From Patescibacteria group bacterium (lineage in GTDB: Bacteria; Patescibacteriota; Doudnabacteria; UBA920; VMFF01), in contig JBBTQQ010000005.1 in the NCBI GenBank assembly GCA_038065615.1, forward strand, positions 7,984-71,983: a stretch of 64,000 nt of DNA, given 5' to 3'. The position numbers and the translations under genes are program-made. The notes below the pieces were generated by a model, which saw only the letters and a list, made by a program, of their open reading frames with translations, was not told where the DNA came from and did not search any database. This document shows, piece after piece, positions 9,372 to 18,184 of the stretch. Each line of letters opens with the position of its first letter. The first letter of the stretch is position 1.

Positions 9372-11174
9372 ATGTTCAAATATATTAAATTCCTATCACA
9401 GTATTTCCAAAAAGAGCGAAAAAACATCGTTTTGATTTTTGTATTAGTGATGCTTTCGCAAACCTTCTCTTTAGCAGAGCCAGTATTCTACACTAGAATT
9501 TTAGATCGATTCTTAAGAGATTCACATAATTTAACAAAGTTTCCAACAGAACACGCTTTCTTCGTAGCTTTAGGCATTACTGTGCTTGCTTGGATAGGTT
9601 CTGCTTTTGCAGCACGAATATTTAAAAATCTGCAACAATATTATGTTAATACTGTAAGTGACAGAATTGGAATAAATGTTTTTAACCACGCGTATGAACA
9701 TGTAATATCACTTCCAATTCAATTCCATGCAAACCAGAAAACAGGAGAGGTCTTTAGAAAAATATCAAAAGCTAGAGAAGACATTACAACACTTTTTAGC
9801 GTTGCTTTTGACAAGATTTTTCAAAACGTGTTTTCAATATCCATTGTCCTCATATATATCTTCATCAGAGAATGGAGAGTCGGTGTAATCGCCGTTATTC
9901 TAGTTCCTGTGTTCATAATAGCAACATCTTTTTTCACAAAAAGAGTTAAAAAAATACAGGAAGAGATAAACAAGAGGAACGAGAAACTTTTTGGAACATC
10001 ATTTGAAGCGTTAAACCACATTGAGGTTGTTAAATCCTTTGCTTCAGAAGAACACGAAATTAATCAGATTAAAGAAGACAACAAAGTAACTCACGACAAT
10101 GTTAAAAAGAAAACCATAGCATACCAGCAGCTTTTCTTTGTTCAGGGAACAATTGTAAACCTTGCAAGAGTTTCCTTAATTTGGTTTGGTTCTGTTCTTG
10201 CATTCAAAGGAGTACTAACCTTTGCAGATGTCATTCTTTTTGGAGTGTATTCATTCGTCATATATCAACCTCTCTATGATCTTGGAGATATTTATGCTAA
10301 ATACCAGGAAGGTGTTAGTGCTGTTGATCGTTTACAAACGTTGCTTTCTGAAAAAGCAACAATTTTTTCAAAGCCAAATGCTTTGAAACCAAAAAAGCTT
10401 CAGGGAAAAGTTGAGTTTAAAAATGTTTCCTTTAACTACAATCAAGAGCGTGAGATATTAAAAGATGTTTCTTTCAAAGTTGAACCAGGAAAGAAGTTAG
10501 CAATCGTTGGATTTTCAGGCAGTGGTAAATCTACAATAGTTAAGTTATTACTTCGTTTCTATGAACCAACAACAGGCGAGATTTTAATTGATGGTAAAAA
10601 CATTGCCGATTACAATCTTCAAGCACTTCACAAAAGAATTGGTTTAGTTTTGCAAGACAATATTCTTTTCAACACCACGCTATCAGAAAATATTCGTTAC
10701 GGAACATTCAAAGCAAGTGATACTGAAGTCGAAGCTTCAGCAAACAGGGCATACCTTTCCCCTTTTCTTAAAAAACTTAGTTCAGGTTTAGAAACTTTAG
10801 TAGGTGAAAGAGGAGTTAAGCTTTCTGGTGGTGAAAGACAACGCGTTGCAATCGCTAGAAGTATTATTAAAAAACCTGACATCTTAATTTTTGATGAAGC
10901 AACGTCTTCCTTAGATTCGCATTCAGAAGAAATGATAAAAGAAGCAATCTCAGATGTTTCTAAAGATGTAACTACAATAACTGTGGCACATCGTTTCTCA
11001 ACAGTTGTTAACGCAGATGAGATTATTCTTCTAGAAGCAGGGGAAATAAAGGAGAGAGGGAATCATAAGGCATTACTTGCAAAACATGGTAAATACTCTA
11101 GTTTGTATCAACTTCAAACACAGCGACAAACTGAGGATTTTTACAGTCCCAGCTCAATTGACAAAATTGCGTAA
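9372..11174 (+). CDS. ABC transporter, fused permease/ATP-binding exporter (MsbA/type I exporter-like)
   Basis: 6-TM N-terminal half, Walker A GFSGSGKST, signature LSGGERQRVAIAR, Walker B ILIFDEATS; start moved to ATG 9372 because the track start 9303 abuts the tRNA. Confidence 0.85.
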   Translation: MFKYIKFLSQYFQKERKNIVLIFVLVMLSQTFSLAEPVFYTRILDRFLRDSHNLTKFPTEHAFFVALGITVLAWIGSAFAARIFKNLQQYYVNTVSDRIGINVFNHAYEHVISLPIQFHANQKTGEVFRKISKAREDITTLFSVAFDKIFQNVFSISIVLIYIFIREWRVGVIAVILVPVFIIATSFFTKRVKKIQEEINKRNEKLFGTSFEALNHIEVVKSFASEEHEINQIKEDNKVTHDNVKKKTIAYQQLFFVQGTIVNLARVSLIWFGSVLAFKGVLTFADVILFGVYSFVIYQPLYDLGDIYAKYQEGVSAVDRLQTLLSEKATIFSKPNALKPKKLQGKVEFKNVSFNYNQEREILKDVSFKVEPGKKLAIVGFSGSGKSTIVKLLLRFYEPTTGEILIDGKNIADYNLQALHKRIGLVLQDNILFNTTLSENIRYGTFKASDTEVEASANRAYLSPFLKKLSSGLETLVGERGVKLSGGERQRVAIARSIIKKPDILIFDEATSSLDSHSEEMIKEAISDVSKDVTTITVAHRFSTVVNADEIILLEAGEIKERGNHKALLAKHGKYSSLYQLQTQRQTEDFYSPSSIDKIA

Positions 11175-11182
11175 GTTGGTTA

Positions 11183-11203
11183 ATATGTTAGGTACTAACA
11201 TAT
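11183..11203. promoter_or_regulatory. inverted repeat ATATGTTAG-gta-CTAACATAT, candidate MarR operator
   Basis: 9-3-9 perfect palindrome ending 10 nt before the MarR gene start. Confidence 0.45.
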
Positions 11204-11212
11204 CTAAAAACA

Positions 11213-11668
11213 TTGAAATATAACAGGGAAGAACAAGTAAAGGTCTTTTTTGAAGAAATGGCCAAGTTACAAAGGCTCATGTTTTCTAAGAAAGATTCTT
11301 TTTTAACAAAGTATAAACTCAGCCGTCCGCAGATGGTTGTTATGTATTTCATTTCAGAAGGTGGATCAAAAACCATCAAAGACATTGCTGAGATAATGAA
11401 CATATCAAGCAGTGCTGCAACGCAGATGATAGAAGGACTAGTTAGAAATGGTTTCCTTGAAAGAGTCGTTCATCCAACAGATAGAAGGTCAGTACAGATT
11501 AGTATGTCTAAAATAGGGAAAAAGACATTTGATCAATTCAAGATTCAACACTTAAGACAAATGCAAAATCTTTTGGTGTCTTTAAGTGATGCAGAAATTG
11601 AACTTCTGTTAAAGATCCCTGCAAAGATTCTAAAACAACTAGAAAATTTAAAAGTAAGAAATAACTAA
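11213..11668 (+). CDS. MarR-family transcriptional regulator
   Basis: 151 aa wHTH; RPQMVVMYFI...DRRSVQISMSKIG pattern typical of MarR. Confidence 0.8.
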   Translation: MKYNREEQVKVFFEEMAKLQRLMFSKKDSFLTKYKLSRPQMVVMYFISEGGSKTIKDIAEIMNISSSAATQMIEGLVRNGFLERVVHPTDRRSVQISMSKIGKKTFDQFKIQHLRQMQNLLVSLSDAEIELLLKIPAKILKQLENLKVRNN

Positions 11669-11677
11669 GAGGAAAAG

Positions 11678-13228
11678 ATGAAAGAATTCATCAAAAGAAG
11701 AAAGTACTGGATTATTGGTGGAGTAATCTTGCTTTCGCTAATCATTTGGCGTGCTAATTCAGGCAATGGTCCTAAATACACCGTAGCTTACACAGTTGCT
11801 AAACAAGACGTTAAACAAACCGTCTTAGCAACCGGAACCATAACTTCTCAATCAAACTTAAACTTGAGTTTTAAAAACGGCGGTATATTAAGTAAGATAA
11901 ACGTTAAAGTTGGAGACAAAGTTAGAAAAGGTCAGGTGCTAGCGATGCTTGATCAGCGTGATGCAAGCGCATCATTAAACCAAGCAAGGGCATCTGTGCT
12001 TTCAGCACAAGCAAACTATCAGAAAGTTAAAAGTGGTGCTTCTCAACCAGAAATTGCAGTTGCGCAAGCTTCTGTTGTTGCTGCTGAAGTAACTTACAAA
12101 AATGCCCAGAATACATACACTGCAACTGAATCTCAACAGAAAAGTCTGGTTGCTTCTGCACAAGGAGCAATGCTTAACTCTGGATTGCAAGCAGTTGTTG
12201 AAAGCGGTTCAACAACAATTACAGGAACAGTTTCAGGAACATACACAGGAACAGAACAAGGTAGATACAGAGTAGTTATGGGTACAAGCGGATCAGGATT
12301 AACATACAATGTTTCGGGAATTGAAGGATATTACGCTGAGTTTCAACGTGGAGTTCCAGCTAAAATAGGGAACAGAGGGTTGTATATAACCATCGGGACA
12401 ACAGGAACTTTAAATGCCGGTGATTCTTGGGTTATCGATGTTCCTAACACTCAATCTTCTACATACATCACAGCATCCAATTCATATCAGAGCGCTTTGC
12501 AAACTCAGAATCAAGCCTTAGTTACTGCTCAAAATGCTGTTGATTCAGCACGCGTAGCCCTAACACAAGCTCAAGCAAATTTAAACCTAAAACAGTCTCT
12601 AGCAAGACCAGAGGATTTGGCTGCTGCTGATGCGCAAGTTAAAACAGCACAAGCACAATTACAAGCAGCCCAGAATCAATATAGTAATAATATAATCACA
12701 TCTCCAATAGATGGAACAGTAACTTCTGTTGATTTAAAGCTAGGAGAAAACGTTGCTCCGCAAAAAGCCGTTATTGTAGTCCTAGACCAGTCTTCTTTGC
12801 ATGTTGAGTCTAATATATCTGAATCTTCAATTGCGCTATTACAATCAGGTCAGAAAATAGACATGACAATGGATGCATTTGGTCCTGACAGACACTTCAC
12901 AGGAGAAGTTCTTTCAATTGATCCTGCATCAACTGTTCTTTCAGGAGTCATAAACTACAGAGTAATTTCATCCATCCCACAAGATATTGATATTAAACCA
13001 GGAATGACAGTTAATCTAGTAATACTAGTTAACGAAAAAACTCAGGTCTTAGCAGTTCCAAACAGATTAGTTAAAAGCAACTCTCATAGATACGTAACAG
13101 TCTTAGAAAATGGAAATGTTAAGGAAATAGAAGTAACAATTGGTTTAAGTGGTGATTCATATACTGAAATTACAAGTGGGTTGTCTGGTGGGGAAGAAAT
13201 AGTTACTACCATAGAACCAAAGAAATAA
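11678..13228 (+). CDS. efflux periplasmic adaptor (HlyD/MacA membrane-fusion protein) with long Thr/Ser/Gly-rich insert
   Basis: N-terminal TM anchor, biotin-lipoyl-like hairpin VKVGDKVRKGQVLAMLD, coiled-coil Q/A-rich segments, C-terminal beta-barrel; 516 aa is longer than typical MacA. Confidence 0.8.
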   Translation: MKEFIKRRKYWIIGGVILLSLIIWRANSGNGPKYTVAYTVAKQDVKQTVLATGTITSQSNLNLSFKNGGILSKINVKVGDKVRKGQVLAMLDQRDASASLNQARASVLSAQANYQKVKSGASQPEIAVAQASVVAAEVTYKNAQNTYTATESQQKSLVASAQGAMLNSGLQAVVESGSTTITGTVSGTYTGTEQGRYRVVMGTSGSGLTYNVSGIEGYYAEFQRGVPAKIGNRGLYITIGTTGTLNAGDSWVIDVPNTQSSTYITASNSYQSALQTQNQALVTAQNAVDSARVALTQAQANLNLKQSLARPEDLAAADAQVKTAQAQLQAAQNQYSNNIITSPIDGTVTSVDLKLGENVAPQKAVIVVLDQSSLHVESNISESSIALLQSGQKIDMTMDAFGPDRHFTGEVLSIDPASTVLSGVINYRVISSIPQDIDIKPGMTVNLVILVNEKTQVLAVPNRLVKSNSHRYVTVLENGNVKEIEVTIGLSGDSYTEITSGLSGGEEIVTTIEPKK

Positions 13229-13237
13229 CAGAAGAAT

Positions 13238-13936
13238 ATGCATTTAATACGAATGGAGAAGATCAAAAAGATCTACAACAACGGAGAGGATAACCAAGTT
13301 GTTGCTTTAAAAGATATTGATCTTGGAATAGAGCAAGGTGATTTCGTTGCCATCATGGGTCCTTCAGGATCAGGCAAATCAACACTAATGCATGTCATTG
13401 GTTTTTTAGACAAAGCAGATTCTGGAAACTATTTCTTTGAAGACAAAAACGTTGTTACCTTAACAGATGATGAATTAGCAGAGATACGAAACAAAAGGGT
13501 TGGGTTTGTTTTTCAAGCCTTCAATCTTTTACCAAGAACATCAGCGCTTGATAACGTGGCGTTGCCAATGTTGTATGCAGCGAATTCAGACAAATCCAGC
13601 GCAGAACAACGTGCTTTAGAAATGCTTAAACAAGTTGATTTAGAAAGCAGAAAAGACCATCATCCATCAGAGCTTTCTGGAGGACAACAACAACGCGTTG
13701 CCATAGCAAGAGCTTTAGTTAATGATCCCGCGGTTATCTTTGCTGATGAACCAACGGGAAACCTAGACACCAAATCATCCGAAGAAGTGATGCGTATATT
13801 TAAGCGTTTAAATGATTCCGGAAGAACCTTAATCTTCGTAACACATGAAGAAGACGTTGCCGCATACGCAAAAAGAATCATCCGATTAAAAGACGGAGTC
13901 ATCATTTCAGACGAACTTAACAGGAACAGAATATAA
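13238..13936 (+). CDS. ABC transporter ATP-binding protein (MacB/LolD family)
   Basis: Walker A GPSGSGKST, Q-loop, LSGGQQQRVAIARAL, Walker B IFADEPTGNLD. Confidence 0.9.
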   Translation: MHLIRMEKIKKIYNNGEDNQVVALKDIDLGIEQGDFVAIMGPSGSGKSTLMHVIGFLDKADSGNYFFEDKNVVTLTDDELAEIRNKRVGFVFQAFNLLPRTSALDNVALPMLYAANSDKSSAEQRALEMLKQVDLESRKDHHPSELSGGQQQRVAIARALVNDPAVIFADEPTGNLDTKSSEEVMRIFKRLNDSGRTLIFVTHEEDVAAYAKRIIRLKDGVIISDELNRNRI

Positions 13937-13937
13937 T

Positions 13938-15170
13938 ATGTTTTTCCAATCCATAAAAATAGCGGCAAGAGCATTGCTTCTTAACAAAACAAGATCATTC
14001 CTTACAATGTTAGGGATTATCATTGGTATTACCGCGGTTATTGTCCTAATCTCAGCAGGACAAGGTGCTCAAGAGCTCATTGTTAATCAGGTTAAAGGAA
14101 TAGGGTCAAACCTTCTTTTCGTAATTCCAGGTGGTAGCGGTAAGTCACAGTTTTCAGCACCAGCATCAGCTCAAGGAATAATCATCACGTCTTTAGTTGA
14201 TTCAGATATTAAATCATTAAGAAACAAATTACTTGCTCCTGACATTGAGTATGTAAGTCCAGAAGTTAGAGGACAATATACAGTTTCATACAATAACGTT
14301 GACCAGATTGCTCCTGTAGTCGGCGAAGATGAAAACTTTGGTGTTGTTAGAAACATTAATTTAACAGCAGGAAACTGGTTTACTAAATCAGATGTAGATG
14401 GTTTAACTCAAGTAGCGATTTTAGGTTCAACAATAAAAGAGGATCTTTTTGGAGAACAAGATCCAATCGGTCAGTTGGTTAAGATAAAGCAGGTGAGCTT
14501 TAGAGTTGTTGGTGTTTCTGAACCAAAAGGAGTTGGTGCTTTTGGTGTTGATCAAGATACCCAGATCATTGTTCCTGTAAGCACAGCTCAAAAACTTCTT
14601 TTAGGGATTAACCATTACAACTTAATTTCAATTCAGGTTAAAGACGCAGACTCAATTCCACTTGCCAAAGAAGAAGTTGAACGAATTTTAAGATACAATC
14701 ATAAAATATCAGATCCACAGAAAGATGATTTTACCGTTCGTAATCCTCAAGATGCTTTAAGCCTGCTTTCAAACATCACTTCAGTACTAACAATATTCCT
14801 AGGAGCAATTGCAGGAATATCTTTGTTAGTAGGTGGTATTGGTATTATGAACATCATGCTTGTTTCAGTTACAGAAAGAACAAGAGAGATCGGTTTAAGA
14901 AAAGCAATCGGAGCTAAGAGAAAAGACATCCTCTTACAGTTCCTCATAGAAGCGGTATTCTTAACAGTTTTAGGCGGAGTCATTGGAATATTCTTAGGAT
15001 ACTTGGGATCTGTTGGTATAGCGTTAATAGGGAAATGGACTCCGGTTGTTTCCATAGGTTCAATACTCCTTGCTTTTGGGGTTTGTACGCTATTTGGCTT
15101 AATATTTGGTATATACCCTGCAAACAAAGCATCTAAACTTAGTCCAATCGAAGCGTTAAGATACGAATAA
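13938..15170 (+). CDS. ABC transporter permease, FtsX/MacB-like
   Basis: 410 aa; N-terminal TM, large periplasmic domain, C-terminal 3-TM FtsX domain; follows the ATPase with 1-nt gap. Confidence 0.85.
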   Translation: MFFQSIKIAARALLLNKTRSFLTMLGIIIGITAVIVLISAGQGAQELIVNQVKGIGSNLLFVIPGGSGKSQFSAPASAQGIIITSLVDSDIKSLRNKLLAPDIEYVSPEVRGQYTVSYNNVDQIAPVVGEDENFGVVRNINLTAGNWFTKSDVDGLTQVAILGSTIKEDLFGEQDPIGQLVKIKQVSFRVVGVSEPKGVGAFGVDQDTQIIVPVSTAQKLLLGINHYNLISIQVKDADSIPLAKEEVERILRYNHKISDPQKDDFTVRNPQDALSLLSNITSVLTIFLGAIAGISLLVGGIGIMNIMLVSVTERTREIGLRKAIGAKRKDILLQFLIEAVFLTVLGGVIGIFLGYLGSVGIALIGKWTPVVSIGSILLAFGVCTLFGLIFGIYPANKASKLSPIEALRYE

Positions 15171-15268
15171 CTAAGAAGCCCAGGTAACTCCTGGGTTTTT
15201 CTTTCCAAGTGTGTGAACAAGAATTAACTTAATGCTATAATAGGCTTAAGATATTAACTTTTACTTAA

Positions 15269-16828
15269 ATGTCAGAAAATCTAGAGTTAGATCAAGCACA
15301 ACAAGCAGCGGCACAAGCCAATGCTGCTGAAGACCCGCTTGAAGCTAGGAAGAGAATGATTTTTGAAGCTAAAGCTAGGCAGGATGCTGAAGCTACTAGG
15401 GTGGCTGAAGAAGAGTCTCCTTCGGTTCAAGACTCAGAAGCAATGACAACTAAAGCAGACACAGAAGCTGCTTTGGATGCCAGAGAAAAAGCTATTTTAG
15501 AAGCTAAGGAGAAGTCTACTGAAGTTACCGAAACAAAATCTCAAGCAGAAATACTAAAACAACAGGCAATTGAGGCTGCAAAAAAAGTTGAACAACAAAA
15601 GGCAAAGGTTCAAAGGAAAACCGCTGAACTTGAAGAGTATAATTCTACTCTAGAAGATGCTCGTGCTTTGGGTATACCTGATGACCAAGTGTTTTTGCAA
15701 AGAAAAACCGAAGCCGAGACTGATTTAACCAGTTATCAGACTGAACTAAATCAAGCTGAGCAACAAAAGCAAGAAGTGGAGCAGCGGCTTGCTCAAGCTG
15801 AACAGGGTTTTGCTGAAGCAGAAGCAACAATAGAACGCATTGTCCCTAGTAAAATGGCAGAGACCAACACTTCCGAGCAGATCACTACTAGAGCAGCTTT
15901 AGAAGAACAAGCTTATAGTATGGCTTCGGCAGAGGGTTTAAAGATAAATCGTGATGAAAAAGAAATAGAAACAATTACTGAACCTCAAGTTGAATCAAAA
16001 GTGGATACAGCCGAACACACAGAAGCTGTGATTGAAGATCAACACAGGACAATTATAAAAGAAGCGGAGCAGCAGTATTTAGAAGAAACGAAGCATATCA
16101 AGGAAACTGAGGGAAAAGTCGATTTGCCCGAGGTTGGTTTAGTTTCAATAGAAGATTTAGACAAACCAGAAAATTCCGCTTTGAGAGATAAGGTTAAGAC
16201 TCTAAATTTTGCTAAATCTAAATCAGCCAGAAGAGCTATGCCAGCACTCCTTAAAAAAGGTTTGATTTCATCTGAAGAAGTTCAAAAAGCGTTCTCTGAT
16301 TTGCAACCCGAAACTCTTGCAGATGGAATCGCGGACTTACCTAATGAAACCCAAACTGTTTTAGCTCAAAATCCCAATTTGGCAAGAAATTTTGAGGACG
16401 CTACCAAGAAATTAAACGAACAAGCAGAACAGTCCGGAGTTATAGAAGAGCGTTTTGTCAGTTATGTTAAGTTGATGAAAATCCCTGTGGCTTTTGACAA
16501 GAAACAAGCTCTTGGCTTAAGGTTAGAGTCTTTGGTCCAAGCTCGTGATGGAATGGCAAAAACATTGAATGACGAAAAAGGCTACCCGGGTCATTTGATG
16601 AGCTTGGTAGATAATAATTCTAACGATTTGGAAACCATGATTAATAGGGGCATGTTTAGCAAAGAGCAAGTTGTCGGTTGGATGGGGAAAGCTTTGAAAG
16701 AAACAAGAAGAATTGGTAGGGTAGATGGCGAGCAGCGAATAATGCGTAAATGTATGCAACTTAGGGATGAAGGACTTTTGACTCCAGAAGAAACAAAAAA
16801 TGTCTTGAATTCCGCACTTGAAAAATAA
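15269..16828 (+). CDS. hypothetical protein, E/A/K/Q-rich coiled-coil N-half plus globular C-terminal domain
   Basis: 519 aa long ORF, strongly charged low-complexity coiled-coil; no catalytic motif recognised. Confidence 0.45.
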   Translation: MSENLELDQAQQAAAQANAAEDPLEARKRMIFEAKARQDAEATRVAEEESPSVQDSEAMTTKADTEAALDAREKAILEAKEKSTEVTETKSQAEILKQQAIEAAKKVEQQKAKVQRKTAELEEYNSTLEDARALGIPDDQVFLQRKTEAETDLTSYQTELNQAEQQKQEVEQRLAQAEQGFAEAEATIERIVPSKMAETNTSEQITTRAALEEQAYSMASAEGLKINRDEKEIETITEPQVESKVDTAEHTEAVIEDQHRTIIKEAEQQYLEETKHIKETEGKVDLPEVGLVSIEDLDKPENSALRDKVKTLNFAKSKSARRAMPALLKKGLISSEEVQKAFSDLQPETLADGIADLPNETQTVLAQNPNLARNFEDATKKLNEQAEQSGVIEERFVSYVKLMKIPVAFDKKQALGLRLESLVQARDGMAKTLNDEKGYPGHLMSLVDNNSNDLETMINRGMFSKEQVVGWMGKALKETRRIGRVDGEQRIMRKCMQLRDEGLLTPEETKNVLNSALEK

Positions 16829-16842
16829 TTATATTACGAGAA

Positions 16843-16866
16843 AAACACCGCAAGTGCGGTGTTTTA
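16843..16866 (+). terminator. rho-independent terminator
   Basis: AAAACACCGCAAGTGCGGTGTTTT. Confidence 0.6.
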
Positions 16867-16909
16867 ATATCCGGATAACTTCTTGGGTTTTTTGTGCTAA
16901 AATACAAAC

Positions 16910-18154
16910 ATGCAACCAAAACAAAAAACCATAGCTATTGTTGGCGGAGGCTTCGGCGGTTTAAACGCCGCCATTCTATTACGCAAATACCTTCGTCAGG
17001 AAAAAGCACACGTTTTGTTAATAAACAAAAGTTCGTATCATCTTTACTATCCAAACCTTTATGAAATCGCTTCTTCAGAAGAAGAGTTTGTTAGTATAAA
17101 GGCTTTAAAGAAAAGCATTGCCCTTCCTTTTACTGATGTGCTTTCAAGACACAACATTCAGTTCATTGAAGCAGAAGTAACCAAAATACATCAAAAAGAA
17201 AACTACGTTGTTTTTAGAGAAGAAAAAGTTGACTATGATTACCTTGTTTTAGCAACCGGCGCGATTCCAGATTTCTTCAACATCCCTGGAGCAGAACAAA
17301 ACGCTCTAACCTTTAAATCAGTAAACGATGCTTTAAGAGTTAGATCAAACCTTGAAGCACTAGTTCAACAAGCAGCAACAACCACAGCAAAGAGACCTGT
17401 TAGGATAATAATTGCAGGTGGAGGTTTTACAGGCGTTGAGCTAGCAGGAGAACTTACAAACCTTAAAAAGATTGTTGCTTGGAAATATTCTTTCCCAGAG
17501 GAAAAAATAGAGATTGAGATAATAGAAGGGGCTAATCAGTTAATGCCAGGAATGGGAAAAGAAGTGTACTTACCAATCGCAGAAAGATTAAAAGAGATTG
17601 GAGTTCGTATTAGTTTCAATTCAATGATCACAGAAGTTTCAGAAAAAAGCATTACTTTAAAAAATGGAGAGGTCCAAAATTTTGATATGATCATTTGGGC
17701 AGCTGGTATAAAAGGGGCGGATATTCCTTTTGATGCAAAAACTGAAACAGATCACAAAAATCGTTGCATGACTAGCACTGATTTAACCCTTAAAGATTTT
17801 TCTAATGTGTATTTAATAGGGGACAATGCTTGTGTGCTAGACTCAAACAAAATGCCAATGCCGCAAACAGCAACACAGGCAATTGATCAGGCAGAGTTTG
17901 TAGCCCATAACATTGCTGCTTCAGTAAACGGATATCCAACATTTGAATATGTAACTAAACCATCACCATACATCATCCCTGTAAAAGGGAAGTGGGCATT
18001 ATTACACCTTGCAAATGGTGTGAACATCAAAGGATTCTTTGCTTGGTTTGTAAAGCAATTCGCAAACTTAAGATATTTTATGCGTTTACTACCCCCTTGG
18101 AAAGCAATCTGGCTTGCTTGGTTTGATGTTGAAATATATACCAGGAATGATTAA
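16910..18154 (+). CDS. FAD-dependent pyridine nucleotide-disulfide oxidoreductase, NDH-2 (type II NADH dehydrogenase)-like
   Basis: N-terminal GGGFGG dinucleotide fold, second Rossmann motif IIAGGGFTGVE, 414 aa. Confidence 0.7.
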   Translation: MQPKQKTIAIVGGGFGGLNAAILLRKYLRQEKAHVLLINKSSYHLYYPNLYEIASSEEEFVSIKALKKSIALPFTDVLSRHNIQFIEAEVTKIHQKENYVVFREEKVDYDYLVLATGAIPDFFNIPGAEQNALTFKSVNDALRVRSNLEALVQQAATTTAKRPVRIIIAGGGFTGVELAGELTNLKKIVAWKYSFPEEKIEIEIIEGANQLMPGMGKEVYLPIAERLKEIGVRISFNSMITEVSEKSITLKNGEVQNFDMIIWAAGIKGADIPFDAKTETDHKNRCMTSTDLTLKDFSNVYLIGDNACVLDSNKMPMPQTATQAIDQAEFVAHNIAASVNGYPTFEYVTKPSPYIIPVKGKWALLHLANGVNIKGFFAWFVKQFANLRYFMRLLPPWKAIWLAWFDVEIYTRND

Positions 18155-18155
18155 A

Positions 18156-18183
18156 AAAACCGCAGAGCTTTCTGCGGTTTTTA
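18156..18183. terminator. bidirectional terminator shared by the NDH-2-like gene and topA
   Basis: AAAAACCGCAGAGCTTTCTGCGGTTTTT. Confidence 0.6.
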
Positions 18184-18184
18184 A

